Part shown: positions 25,531 through 40,200 of the stretch, one piece after another
Layout of the letters: each line of letters begins with the position of its first letter
How positions within the stretch are numbered: the stretch's first letter is position 1
NCBI RefSeq assembly: GCF_000143415.4
Contig: NW_003314290.1
Span: 1,095,481-1,159,480, forward strand
Direction of reading: 5' to 3'
DNA: 64,000 nt
Origin: Selaginella moellendorffii
Lineage: Eukaryota; Plantae; Lycopodiophyta
Notes under the pieces: generated by a model
Told to the model about the DNA's origin: nothing
Databases searched by the model: none
The model's input: only the letters and a program-made list of their open reading frames with translations
Translations under genes and position numbers: made by a program

Positions 25531-27580
25531 AAGATGAATTTCACACACTTAAGGACTCCACAACTTTCGAATAACACCCTTTTCCAACATTTTCTTGACA
25601 TTTACATGTAAAATCTTAATCTCTTTGTGTGACTGATAACTAACCAAAACCTTGATTGGACAAGTATCCTCAGTTGGAATAGGATGACATGTGGCAATTT
25701 TAGCCCTAAACAATAGGTCAAATTTAAAAGGATTGGTATACTCCTTCATAAGCCAATAAACCATTGCAATACAAAGACATCAGAAGGATTGGAAAAGGGA
25801 AGAGAGGAATAAAATAGAAACATAAAGGGAATTAATAGGGAGATAAAAGTGATAGAAGTAGAGGTAAAAGCAAAGGTAGAAGTAGAGAGATAAAAATATA
25901 CAAAAGTGAAAGGAATGAAAGAAATATAAAGAAGTATGAGATAAACGGGAGAAGCATTAAAGTCACATTTGGCATAATTGCACCACAATCAATTTATACT
26001 AAGGATAAGGTCAAAAGCTTGACTCAACACCACCCGTAATGACTACAACTCAAGCTCAAGATCACCCACTCATCCCATGCATATGTGTGTGTACGGCTGT
26101 TGCTATAAAGAATGAAAATTAACTCTGCCATATGACGCAAATGTAAATAGTAATGTGTTGTAACAAATTGAGCAATAGAAGATAAACTTGAACCAACATA
26201 GAGAGAATAATAGAAGACTTTTTATTATAAAAACAAATTTGAAAAGTAAACAGTAGATGAACTAGTGCTAAATGAAACCCTTGATGATACTTTTAAAAGA
26301 AAGATGGAGGGATTATTGATTTATTTACGTAAGGTCCTTCCACTTCTTGCATAACTCCTTATTTCCCAAATGCATCTCGGTATCCATTGTAGCAACACTA
26401 ACAGGACCTTGTTGATGCCAAAGTCTCTACTAAAGAAATGGAAGTCACCAATCTGGAAAATGCCAATAATGTTGATAAGTGTGATGAACTTTATCACACG
26501 CCTAGCAATAGACATCACAGCCATGACTGTGTCTTTGCCCTTGTCCTTGAACTCAAGCAATAGTAGCATCAACATCCATTAAAATAGGACCATCTCCCAT
26601 AGGAAGTGGAGTTAAAGGGTGTGTATCGAAAAGTGGAAAAAGTGATGTCTCATAATGTTATGCTAAACGAAGGGCATTATCAAGGGTGGCTGAAGCAAGT
26701 GCATGCACAAGTCCTGTAAGATCTTGACGAAGTGTTTGCCACAACATTCCCAACTTGATCCGCTCTAATATATTTGGCTTTACATGAAGCATGAGGCTTC
26801 AAAAACAAATTTCAAATTGCATCACCAACTTAAATGACCTTTGATGAAAATGATACAATTGTTGGAGGGCATTATCACAATCATTAAATGTCCAACTATG
26901 CATTTAAAGACATTCAAAAGAATACTCTAATCCTCATGAGTGGCTGTGCTCAAACCATTGACCATTGCAGCACAATCCCTTGGAGACACGTGGGAAACTC
27001 ACACGAACATTGAGTATCATTCTAAGAACAATATAAGGCAATCACTGTGAAATGATCAAACCAATGGTACACATCATCTTTAAGATTTCTGCGAAAAAAC
27101 TCTGGCCAAACACAAAGATTGGCAACAAGAGCATGAGGAGTTATACCATGCACTATGAATGCGGCCATCAACTAAGTCTGATTGTTTAGCTATAGCCATA
27201 TAGCATCAAGCAATTGCGTCAACTACTACTATAGAGTCAAAGGAGGAAGAAGCTATTGCTTTGCTATGAAGATGAATGAAAAGAAATAAGCAAAAGAGAA
27301 GAAGTTGAGAAAAGTTAGAAAAAAAGGGAGATTTAAACAATGCAAAAGCTAGATTTAAACCAAAAATCCCAAATCTCAACACTCTTCAAGGATAACCTTT
27401 CACCTCCACTAATGTGAGTGCATGGAATATGGAAAGAAAATATATTAATTAGCCCAAAAACTTTATAGGAGCGAGTGGTCTAAATTGAAACCAATTTGAT
27501 AGCTACCAAAATCCCACTACGCTAACATTAGTATACGGTATTGTAGCTGTACACTTGGACTTCACAACTCCAAATTTAAA

Positions 27581-29380
27581 ATGAATATAAGAAATTTCAA
27601 TAGTGCTTTAGCTTTTGCATCAATGGGTGTTAATGTTGATAATTTAAGTGGTAAAGTTTTATATTGCTTTAGAATACATAGTCAAATCCTACTACCAATA
27701 TACCACTATTATATGGACAATTTTACATGTTTGACACATCTGAAGTTATAAATATTAGAAAGTAAAATCCATTTTAATTTGTTATTACAATTAGATCACT
27801 TGCTAAGAATGATAAATCCATATGCATAAGCTTTCCAAATGATGTATGATCTCGAATCACAAATAAAACATCACTCAATTAGCAATAAAACTCCAAAATA
27901 TAGTATTTATATTGTTGTTAGAAGTAAATGTACTAACCTACATTGTTATAACTTGTTACGGAGTAATGATGTTATTGTTGTTTTTGCTATTAATGAAGGT
28001 TAGCTGTTTCTTGACAAAGAAATATGCATACATTTATATAGTTCAAAGTTGATTAAAATTTCTACTCTTAATGAAAATTGTGATATCTTTTACCTTCAAT
28101 GCTATACATATCAATTATCTCAACAAGATAGCATTGGTAACTCTTTGCTTTGTGATTAAATCCTACATACTATGTTAGAAAGCTCACTTAACAATTTAAT
28201 ATTTATATTTATGTAAAGGTTCAATCTAACAACTTTTATTTCTTTCCCACTCATAAAAAATACCTAAAATTGGATTACTATATAGGTCTTATGGACTATA
28301 TTAGCAATAAAGCTTCTTTTAATAATGGTGAAACTAGAAAAAAATATCATTTTGCATTTTACATTTCCTGAAAGCCTATAAGCAATGCAACATATTAACA
28401 TATTATTACTATTGTCATACATTTTGGAAAACCTAACTTATTTATTACATTTACATGCAACCTAAAGTGGTATGAAATTATGCAAAACTCATAACTAAAT
28501 GAATCACTTAAGGATTGAGTTAATCTTAAAACTTAAGGAATTTTTATATGACATAAGTATCAAAGGAATTTGGGGGAAGTGCATTGTATATATTTATATT
28601 ACTGAATTCTAGAAAAGAGGTTTGATTTATTGCTATTTTTTAGTAATGTTATCAAGAAAAGACAAAGTAAAAATCATGACTCAATTGATAAATTTATCAT
28701 CACATAATTGCCACATCCATTACTAGAACTATAATTGCATAATATAATTATAAATCATATGATATATGGCCCATATGCTAATTTAAATCCCAGAAGCCCT
28801 TGCATAGAAAATAACAAATACTCTATAAGGATTATCTATTTATTGTATTGATGGTTATCTTGATTACTACTAATCTAACAATGGATGCACTTTTATAAAA
28901 AATGGTTACACCATTGACAATAGATGGGTTGTTCTTTATAATAAATACATTTGCAAGAAATAAAGCACATATCATCATAAATATTTAATATTCCATAAAA
29001 ATTATTAAATATCTATGTCTATATATATATATATATATATAAAGAATATAATTATGCAACACTAGAATTCCCAACTACATCTAAAGAGCAAAGTAATTTA
29101 AATTAGGACAAAATCAAACTTTATCAATACTTGATATATTTCTACTTCTGAAGTCCTATGCCATATATTTAAGTTTTATATAATAGTTAATGATTTATCA
29201 TGTAGTTTATTTACATAGTTTTCATAATGTGTTTTTCCATGAACAAAAAGCAGTAGAAAGAGCCACTCAAAATAGAACAATAAACAGTTCAATTGAAACA
29301 TGCAAAATATTAATTTAAAGCAATACTCAAATTCTGTTATACTACACATATAATAAATCTTCTCATTAATGGAAATTACA
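27581..29380 (+). mobile_element. Decayed Helitron Rep coding remnant
   Basis: NIRNFNSALAFASMGVNVD..YCFRIH; FGKPNLFITFTCNLKWYEI; EF*KRGL; MIYGP..NPRSPC; IDNRWVVLYN; IIKYL: Rep motifs in order. Confidence 0.8.
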
Positions 29381-29510
29381 CTAACAAAAAGGTAAACTCA
29401 TACCAAGAATATATCCTATATCTCTTTCTAAAAGTGAGTTATACCACCAAAAGGATATGGCAAGTGTTTTTTACTTTTGAACTTCTGAAAATTGCAAACT
29501 TATTTTTCAG

Positions 29511-29848
29511 CTGAGAAAGGTGACCAGTGATCCTCGGGCGAAATCGTTTGGCAGTCGTGAGGTCTTACTGGAGCAAATACGCTCGAGGGTAGGAATTCAT
29601 AGCATGAGTGAAAGAATTGTGACAGTGAGCTTGTTTTGTTCCAGTCTTTCAATCTAAAGCACGCTGCCCAGCAGGAGAAGGAGAAAACTGAGACTCCTTG
29701 CCCAGCAACGTCCAGCATCAACATCGCGACGATCCTGGAGAAAGCTAGTGCAATTCGCCAGGTATGCTGCATTTTCGTTGATCGTTGTTCGATGATTATT
29801 GTTGTGCAGGCACTTCAGGGGAGTGATGACGAAGAGGACTTTACCTAA
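29511..29848 (+). pseudogene. Duplicated last three exons of SCAR (WH2-C-A only)
   Basis: Same exons as 16456-16793; no upstream exons; preceding donor GT>GC. Confidence 0.8.
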
Positions 29849-30080
29849 CATTTCGCATTTTATATCTCTTTTAAACTACACCGCATTATGCCTTGCTGCC
29901 TTGGTGTTTCAGTTGAGCAAGAACTGTACGAATTTGGTAACACCAACCTCTTAAATTATCTGAAATTTGAGATGACAGATGGGAAATAATTTCTTGGAGA
30001 CGCTTTGGCAAATTTGCTCAAGGAATCCAAGCTGGAAAGGCCGTTCCAGCGGAAGAAAGCGCTGCTCGCATCGACACAGT

Positions 30081-30566
30081 ATGAAGACCCCAGTAGGATT
30101 TGGCCTCTTGCTTCTAATCTCAGGTACAAATTATCTTTTGTATTTACAGCATCCGCTAATTTAAAACTTCCTTTTTTATCACAGGACAGGCATTTGGAAG
30201 TTTGCTTGGTTCTTTCTCTCTCGCACTTAGACTTGTGGATTTGCAGTTGTGCAAACCGTTGCTTGCACCAAAGGAGTGTTTCGCCGGGATTTATCTCGAT
30301 TGCCCGACGTTCGTCAGCTATGATCAGTGCCAGAACTGCTGCACAGCGACTGCTCGCTGCACTACAGGAACGTAAGCGTGGCTTGCAAGGGTCGAGGCAG
30401 CCGGTGCCCCCTGTTTTCCTTAACGGACACTCTTGTCAAGTGTGGCGGCATGGTGATTGTCGGTCGCTGCGATAATTGCTGCACGATCAAGTACACGAAC
30501 TGTGCTCTCCTGAACAAGAACAACGGGACCATTGTGTGCAAAGGGATTGGATTCGAGTCTACATAA
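30081..30566 (+). pseudogene. Pin2-like proteinase inhibitor, damaged copy 2
   Basis: Signal exon 30081-30123 with intact GT donor; same frameshift pair as copy 1 plus TGA near 30321 in the through frame. Confidence 0.7.
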
Positions 30567-30876
30567 TCAGCGCTCCCAAGCTTTTTGATAAGTGATCGAC
30601 CTTTTTGTCTGGCTTAAACTGAAATTAATCTATGGTTTATTCAAACCTTTATGGAAGTGATGCAAAAGTAATAAAGTATATTGTAAAACAATGCTGTCCA
30701 TGAGAATGATGTTTTTTTCTTTTTTCTCTTTAGGAGTTGCTTCTTACAAGGATGTTCTTTTATCGTCCATTTTTGCTGATTGATCAGCATACGCGAGTTT
30801 GGGCACTTCTAAAATGTGATTTGTGGTGAACATGAAATTGTCTCGACTCCGGATCATCCCTCTAAACGACCATTGT

Positions 30877-31574
30877 TTACTCCTTTACCATCGCAGATAC
30901 TTCCTCAATTTCCCGCTCCAACTCCATGACGAAATTATTCTCCTCGTCTACTGGAAATTCTTCCTCCATTTGCTGCTCCAGCTCCATGACAAAATCGTTT
31001 TGCTCCTCACCCAAATCAGATCGAGTGCCTTGGCTCTGTGGGTCGATGAACTCCTCAAGACCCAGTAGTAAATCTAGATCATCACCGTCATCAACTTTGA
31101 AATCCCTGAGAAAGTTCTCCTCATCCTCCACGGAAGGGCCCTTGTCCTCCAAATCCATTTTCAATTTCTGAACCTCCTGGAAATCTCCTCGCCTTGCACG
31201 TATCCCTCGAGGTCACAGGCGTTGACTGGCAACGATTGATCCCGGCGCTGACTAGGGCATTGACCCACCTCTATCGCGCAAGGAAGACACTGCCCCCTTG
31301 ACTTCTGCTGCTGCTGCTCCTTCTTGGGTTTCTTTCTTGGACGACCGCCATCTTCCTTCTTGGCTCGTTTCGCTCGTGTTGTTCCACCCAGGGTGAAGTG
31401 CTGTTTGCACACTGTGCACTTGTAGCGCGCTTGGATCAGCATGTGGTTTTCGAAATAGTCAAACTTGGTGAGTGCCGAGGGATCGCAGCTGTGTGGGCAG
31501 AGCAGATGCTGCTGTCGCAAGAAGGCCATGAAGTCTTTGAGACGGTGAATGTCCTTAACCAGCACGCCTCTCAT
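30877..31574 (-). pseudogene. Divergent Dof-like gene, copy 2
   Basis: CPHSCDPSALTKFDYFENHMLIQARYKCTVCKQHFTLGGTTRAKR; 1-bp frameshift near 31182 separates the acidic tail; 5' deletions relative to copy 1. Confidence 0.68.
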
Positions 31575-34270
31575 TTTTCTCTTTATGAGAGATGAAAATA
31601 ATCTAGGTATCCTGTTAAGGGCGATGAAATTATGTACTTAACCACAACCGTTGATCACAGTCTGTCCTATTCGTTGGATTAAATAAACATCAAAACCTCT
31701 AAGACAAAAGACCCTTAATACAAATATGCAACAGGTGCTCATTGAGTGACAAACGAATGAAATCTGAGTCCCTAACCATTCATAGGTGAGCCGACGTCTC
31801 CACCCAAGTAGCTCGTGCCATAAGTTCCAGTGCCAGGTAGAGCTGAGCTTGATCCAGTATGAGGGGACGAGCTCAAAGTTTGGCCTGGCATGCTTGATCC
31901 AGTCGAAGCGGATGATGGTGTTGGAGTAGATGATCCAGACAACGACGATGCTAGTGTGGATTCTCCAGAAGTCGGTGTTGATGGTGATGATCCTGGCGAA
32001 GTTACAATGAATACCAGCGTCGCTTTGCCAGCTGGCGAACTACTACATCCTACTGAAGCTGCTGCTTCAACACCAGAGCCACTCGCGAAACTGACGGTCC
32101 CACACTAGATCCCAGAACTCTCTGCTGCGATTACCAGCGTCAACAACATTGTATTCAATCTTAGAAACCAAACCATACTCAAAGACTATATACTGGAATC
32201 AGCCGCTGCCTAGAATGCTGTTGATAGATTTTGCCCTTGTTGTAAACCAGCAGGAAATATGATCCAGCAGATAATCTTGTTCTTGTTGTGACCTTCGACT
32301 GCTGCTTTCAACATCTCAAATCGGGCTAGCGACATTCTTTTTTGATGAACTTGGAACTTCAACTATGTGGTTCCAAGACACGATGGCGTCTTATGCAGTT
32401 GAGTGTCAAGGATTGAGTGGTCCAAAGTCTCGGAATCATCATTCCGTACTTAAGCCTTCACAAAAATAGAATGCCTCAAACATTTGCCCATTACAGGCAA
32501 ATGCTGAGAGGAGGTTTACCTTAACTTTGTATCCTCGCAGCTGGAGCTTCTGGATGAGCTACCTGACTGGTAGCGCCCACGACCAGAAGCATTGTAAACT
32601 CGGCATTGGAGATGGTGAATTGGGCCGCCGACGAGCACAACCCAGATGCATTTAACTTGTGGAAGAATTTGAGGGATCATCCGCACAAGCTATGATCAAT
32701 CACAAGAAACTGAATGGAGTTGAATTTCTTGAGGATCGAGCCTTACTGCTTGGATCGTGCATTGCCATGAGGTTCACGCTTGTGCCATTTTGCGAAGTTG
32801 CAGAGTCTTTTATAACTCAATCAGATTTCATTCATAGTATATTCGTATTAGAACGTTTGTTTGAATATGAATCTAATCCAACGGTTGTGATCATGTACAA
32901 TAGGGGAGGCTTGCTGGCTGTTGGATCCCGTGATGTTAGTTTTGGCCAATGGGAGAGCACCATAGCTTTGGTGTTCATTGGCTCCAGCAAGGTAATATAT
33001 GAATTTGACATGTGTTTATTTGGATTTGCAAATGCCATTGAGCAGTGGAGTTAGAGAATGGCCAGAACCATCAAAGAGTTCGGCTACAGTCCCTGTCCAC
33101 AAGAGAGAATAAACTCAAGGTAAGTTCTCAAAGCCATAGCTTGGAAATTCCATCCACCTCTCACAGCTCAAGCATTAAGAGCCAAAACTTTGGCAAACTT
33201 CCCATCGCGCTCCTTGCCTTCTTCTTGAACTGCCAAGACTAACCAAGTCTTGAAAGCAACAGCATAGCTTGCATTGTTCGCTACAGAGTGCCTCCTTCAG
33301 CCTCTATCTTGCCTAGAAACTTGAGAGCCTCTCTTCTTGCTTGTTCTGTGCATTCATGTTCCAAGAGAGTGTGATTGACTCATGTTCTTGATTGGCAAAC
33401 CGATCTCACTTGTGCTTCTGCAGTGGTGGGGGTGGTCAAGACACAATGGAAAGTATGGGAGGCTGTTTGAGCACTCACCACAGCCTATGCATTGGTCTAG
33501 GTTTCATTGCTGGTTTTCCAGATTAATGTTGGCACAACTTTCCTTTTTTCACAGTTGTCTAGAAAATCCCTATGACCCAAGGAGCTCAGGATCATAATAG
33601 TCTTAGATTTGTTATTTTTTCCTGTGTAAGAACACCCCTTTTGGAGTTTAAGTCTCCTTTACTTCCATATGCTTAGAATCTTTGAAAAAGATTTGCATTT
33701 CTTTTAAATTTGTGCCTTATCCCATTCACTCTCATCTACTTCTTGCCCTAAGTTTAAATTCACACTAGATAAGCTATTTCATTTCATTTATTAAACACGC
33801 AACTGGCATATGTCACCAATTGCCTTTAACTGTTGACATACTCACAACAACGTTGAATGTGCTAATAAAGAACATCATTTCTCTTCTTGTGTTATCTATG
33901 AGGAGTTTGGAGCTTTTTGGCCTCTTTTCTGTTTTTTTTTTGAGATTTGTCTTATTTGAGAGTTATATTAGATAAATATTTTTCTAAAGAGTTCTGTTAA
34001 ATTTTGGTGTTGTGTGTCAAGAAATCTAATGTCATTTGCTTCTTGCACTGTCTACAAGGAGTTTGGAGCTTTGTCACCTTTCTTTTGTTTGAATGTTTAG
34101 AGATTTTTTTTTATCCAAGAGCTAGGGTACATTAGGAGCTTTCCAATGAGTCATGTCTTACCCATTTTCATTGTATCTAGCTTGAGTTTCCCAATTTTCA
34201 CACTCTTGTTTGCTTCAAGAGTGTAGGGAAGTTTTATTGGTGTATAACTCTTGTCTATTTTAGGAGCTGG

Positions 34271-37200
34271 TGTAGCGCACGTGGTTTTGACCCTTTATCC
34301 TATGGTGATTTACCATAGGATAACACCACGAAGCGGAACCTAAACCCTCTTTGTGCCACGTGACAGATGCCACATGTCACATGCCACGTGTCCATGCCAC
34401 GTGTCCATAGGAACCCGAAGTTCAAGGCCTTGGGCCACTGAACGAAGGAACGGTGCCAAACTCCCAAGCATGGAGCCAAGGAGTGATGGAATCGGACCAC
34501 GGAGCAACTCCCGAGCATAAAGCCCAAGGAGCGAAGGGACAGGAGCCCGAAGCGACTTGGAACAGTCCTGGAGCAACCAGCATCCCAATGCCAGGACCAG
34601 CACACAAAACGGAGCTAAACGGAGTCTGGCGCTATTTCGGCATACCGGTGGCCTAACGTGAGGATATGGGTACTCCACCAACTAGCATGGAATGGAACTT
34701 GGGCTTAGACCCAAGCCGGACGCAGAACAAGGACAGGCACGCAAGCGGGAGCTAGACTATGCCTCAGGTTAGTCGGCCATGCCCGACCTACCCACTATCC
34801 CTACTATACATTTGGAACCCCCCACAGCCCCCCCCCCCCCTTGAGGAACACACGCTTTGGGCTTTCACCGTAAGCCTCCCTTAGTATCAGGAGTTAGTCT
34901 CTGGGACAAGCTCGAAACTTACTAAATATGGAATGTCCCTAGATTGCGAATTTGGACACGGGACGAACACCATTGTGTTCAGGACGATCTCTACATTCCT
35001 TAGATATGCCAAATGAGCAAATTTGGACACTTTCCACAAATAGCATTTGGGACCGAAATGAGACTAACACAAAGGGCATGATAGCAAGGGTGTTTGGCAG
35101 ACACGGTAAGCTATCATCCGGCGATATTGAGGGACCAATCTCAATACGCGAGGGTTCTTGCCAAGCCAGTGCAAGACAGAGCAAAAGAGAACTAACAAGC
35201 CGGGCCAAGTATGCTTGGCTAAATAGACACTTAGGAATTCCTTCCTTATGCTCATCCGGCCAAGTACAGATGCTAAGTCCAATTTACTAACACTTGAACA
35301 AGAGGGGCCAATAAAGGGAACCAGCAGTACCGACCTCCTGCCATCGTGGCAGTAAGGTAAGAGTGTCCGTAAGGACAGGTCGACAGGTAACTTTCGATAC
35401 CCGAAGTCACATGCGCGACACTCTCCCCCCCTAGGGAAGATCGACGTCCTCGTCGATGCATACTCGAGTCTAGAATACCGCCAAGGAAACAACTCAAGAA
35501 AAAGTTCACGGTACTCACACTATATGAGAAATGCACCAACTTAAATGAGTTAGGAGGCAACCTCTTTGTCTAACGCGGATGCGCTACCAGCTCAGACACC
35601 TTCCGGCCGTCGCCGACAAGGAAATGACCAACGGAGTCAGCCACCCTTGCTGCTCTGGGAGTCACCCAGCTACAAAAGTGTGATATGCCCCTACCCGCAG
35701 GAACATAGAGAGAGAAGCCAGAGGCCCCAACCCTCCTAAGCAAAGAAACCAAACCCGTCGGTAAGGTTTAGATAGACTACTGTAAACAGGCAGTTAGAGT
35801 TGTTTACACGGTCACGCCCTTTCAACGGAACAAGGAACATCGACAAAGAGGCGGGTTATGTGACCAGTCGACAGTAGCTACCCCATGACTAGAGATTTCA
35901 ACATGCACACGAAGTGCCGAAGCCAGTCTGCCTATACTGGCCCAAACTCAAAGATCAATAGATGGACAATATCAAAGTCATAAACAATGATATCTTAGAG
36001 ACTTAATTATCAGTGAATATATCTTAGATTAGAACACAAAAGTATTCCAAGGAAGTTATCATCTGATAAACTAGTATTATAGTGTAGGAGCCACCAAGAT
36101 CATAGGATTCACCATCCAACAAAGTTCAACAGCAAGTATATCATCAAGGAAACTCAATGATGAAACTTAACTATCGAAGATGGCAGACAGTATATCAAAC
36201 AACTCACTAAAGATAACTCAAAGAACACAAAGTATCATTGATTAGCAAGCAAGATGCTCGCGAATGTATCACCCGAAGGAAATAACATCCGAATCTATCA
36301 AAGCGAACTCAAGCAATAATCAACACAATAGAATGAATGTTGCATGGCCAACAAACACTCATTCATGCCAACTATCACACGAGCCAATCCGAATAGATCC
36401 CGGTCAACAATACCAAGGAACCAGAGTTGCTCAAGCAAGTGTCAGCAACATCCTATTGATATGTCAAACCCAAGAGACCAATCTAGAGCAAACCACAAAG
36501 AACATGTGGTATTGCGAAAAGCTATAAGCCATCAAAGAGAACAACTAACCATCATGAAAGATCATGAATCATCCCATCAATGCAGTGATGCATAATCATT
36601 GTCAAAGAAGAAATCCACCATCCTGAAGAATGGCAATTCATTCTATATGAACAACAATCAAGCAACACCTTTTTGACAAGGATAATCAACTATCCCAGAT
36701 GATAGTCAATCATCACCAATGATTGCTAGATGCAAAAGCCAACTTCAACATTGAAGCTAATGAGCCAAAATGCCTTCCCTAACAACGTCTAACAAATGGA
36801 ACAATGAGCATAAAACTCAAAGAACCAAAAGCTCGAAGAAGTCTATAGCTAAGTCTTGCTTAATAATGATCACAAGCTTTGCATGCACTAACTTCAATGC
36901 CAAAGAAGAAATCATGGTGCAACCCACAATATCTTCCTCAACACATCCATAAGCTAAACTTCATAATGCAAAGCTAATGAAGAGCATGTCTGCATCAATC
37001 CAAAAGCTAAGCATAACGAAGTTATGCTCGACAAGTGATCACCAAACGATCCTCCATGAATCCATCTATAGCAAGACGTAACTCACTTCATAACAAGCAC
37101 AAGAAGAATCATCAAATGATTGATATATTCCAACTCAAATCCAATAAGAACTCAAACATTCCAATATCAATCACTAACTCTTCCGCTTGTAGAGTTAGCA

Positions 37201-40200
37201 TGGTCCACGACTGAATCACTTTTCAAGGAAAAGCCAAAGCTTAACCCCTACTAAATAACCTCGTCTAGAACACAACTAACTCAAACTTGCCACTCAGTTC
37301 ATTTGAACGTCAAAACAGTTGCTAATTAGCAAATGCACGAATGTTAATAACACAAAGCTATAGCCAAATCATCAACACTATCTTCATCAAGAGCAATAAA
37401 ACTCAATATCAATCCTAAGGATAGATATATCATCTCACCTGAATCTCAACATCAATAATATCAATGACAAGGCATCACCTCAATGCCAACAACATCAGAA
37501 CAAAGCTAAAAGAAAGCAAGAGTGAATCACCACCCAAACTCTCTAGCAACCAAGCTAACCAAAGTCGAAGATACTTTAGTCAGTATCCGAGACTAATCCT
37601 TCAGCAAAACTCAGTTACAGATAACACTTCCTCAAGGAGTGAATCACCACATCCAAGACTCAATGAAATCCAACACTATGAACTAAATGCAACCAAATGA
37701 TAACAACAGAGGTAGAGTCGACATGCCAACATGGAAAACCCATGTAAGTCAAATGACACGATCCTCCGCAACACCAACCGGCAAAGCAAGCCCATCACTG
37801 CTAAATCATCATCGAGTGAAGCAAGTGTCAAAAGCCCTTGACAAAGTCTACAAGCAATCACTAATTGCAAAGCAACCAACAATCACTTGTCTTGCCTTTC
37901 ACAAGACCCAAACACTAACTCATGCCATTGAGTTACATACTTGTCCAACATGAACGTAATACCCCAAATATAAGATAAAGGTTCATAGACAAGCACAAAC
38001 TAAGTGACCACTCAAATCCAACTCAACTGTGATAAGCTCACTAACACATTTAGCCAATAGCTCTGAGCATGCCTTGAAGAGGCTAGCTATGCACGATCAA
38101 CACTCAGCCGAAACTAAAGTGAAGACCATAAGATGGACTCATATTGGTACACAACCTCCACTTAGACAAAGCTATAGTATGGGTACTAACATCTCAGACT
38201 CAAACAACTAAGTTGGACATCACCATCCTCAGCCAAGGCGTAGGGCCACCAAGACCAACTCAAGATTAGTGAGAGCTCACTACTCTCATAGAGTCTAACG
38301 AAATGCAAAGTGCAACCTGCCACCAAGCATAACGCTTCAAAAGAAAGCATAACGCTTCAAAAGAAAGGCACAAGGGTCACCTTTCTAGAAAAGTGCAACG
38401 GCCACTTTTCTACATTAACTCCAGACTCTATCCAACTCAATTGCCTTAGCCCCAAAAGTCGGCATCCCTTTCGGGCCGCATCATACAAACTACATACTAA
38501 GGTTTAAGCTAACCGAAGTCAACTCCAACCTCTTCACTAGTTTGTATTGGCTTGCGAAAACGGAATGGTTTTCGAGCAAAGTGATAACAGATCAGCCATT
38601 GGAAGAGCATAAGAAAATTTGTGGAAAAATTTCCATCCTAGAGAAAGAATGACTCTCAGTCCAGGAATACAAACTTTCAAGACTCAACCAACTTCCTCCT
38701 ACTAACAACTTCGCATAGGTTCACTTCAACGCAAATTCTCATGACTTATAATATGCTTAAACCTCGAACATCTTTTTGCCCATTCTTTCAACATCCAACA
38801 CCGACGTCCGCAGAATGCAAAATGAACATCTAAAGCTTGATCATGGAGACCATATCTTCGGATATTCACATTGCACTAACACTCTTCTTCGATTACCTTC
38901 AAGATCCAATGTGAAGCCAAAACACTAACAAGGAAAACGACATGGAAAATCAAGCTCTAAGGAAAATTCCTCATCACTCGAATCAACAATGCCACTTCCA
39001 CTAACACAAGTGCTAGCGCTATCAATGCCTTAACTAAACACCTTTTCCATCCAACAATCTACTCCAAGTGCTAACGGATAAACCAACAAGCCATAGCAAA
39101 TGAATGCTACAACCCTTTCCAACACCTTATAGGCAAACCCTCAAGGAAACAAGGAACAAGGAACCAACTTAAGCTTAGCATAATGAACCACCATCGAGAA
39201 TCTAGTCAAAGCTACTACAATGCTATTTCGTGCAAGTAGACTAGCTTCACCATCAACCACTTTGGGGTTGATCATCGTTTATCCAAGCAACTTCGTAAAC
39301 ACATTGCTCATTATCACATGGATATGATATGGAAATCACAATGTCTTGATCATCAATCAAGCAACACCACGAGCAATGCCAATGTCATTACTTTAAAGGT
39401 TTATGTGAGTATCAAGTGCAAACTCGATTCGACAAAATGCTACATAAATGCCACACTCCACCGATAGAGATTTACAACACCTAACACCACTAACTTTTGT
39501 TCACAACACAGACAAGCTCATGCCACTCTCTTTCCGACCAAACTCAAAATTAATCCAACACCAAGCTACTCGAGGAGCAATAGCAAGGTTCCCCGGAAAA
39601 GAATTGAGCATTGCAACCCAAGTCTTCCAATAGCAAGCCTAGACAAAAATGGTATAGTGTTTCACCACTATCCATCCCATAACTCACCATTTGTAAGACC
39701 ATCATCTCCAAGATGCATCAAGGTAGGGACTCTTGATTGCATGATGTGAACACGAGCAATAAGTTAACACTTCGTTGCAAATCATCTCTCCAAGGAGAGA
39801 AGATGATTTACGTGTTTGATCCTTCGTCCCCGATGACCCTCTTTTCGGTCTCATCTTTGACTAAACCTCAAACTTGCTTTCGCACTGCCTTCAGTCCAAT
39901 CCAAGAAAAGTTTATGAGAGAGCACGGCAATGATTACTTGAATCAATAGACTCATCCCTACAGTCTTAGTTGATCCACTTGTAATCATGCCTAGGAAGGA
40001 TCCACTAGTGCCGTGCTAAACAGCTATGGACCAGCCTATTTGCCACTCATAGCAAACCCAGGGAAAGTTTGCTTTCACCCACGGTACATGGAACAACTCA
40101 TGGAACCACCGATAGGCTAACATTAATCCTGCCAACTCAAAGTGTAATCTCGAGTTGCTAATGTGCCTCACTCACGAGCCCAAGCGTAAACTCGTGTTAA

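Larger units (their letters stand above)
20350..27566 (-). mobile_element. Old Ty3/gypsy LTR retrotransposon (decayed gag-pol) with nested insertions
   Basis: Diverged direct repeats ending ACA at 20764 and 27566; PPT GAGAGGAGGGGATGA beside left LTR; PBS-like TGGTATA ~27138-27148; RT (MLFGMNNAPETFQ..FINDILIHS), RNase H, integrase (FTSVYHPHLNDLVEQ) remnants. Left boundary approximate. Confidence 0.75.
29451..33238 (+). repeat. Segmental duplication, copy 2
   Basis: Direct-orientation copy of 16396-20245 with small indels. Confidence 0.92.
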
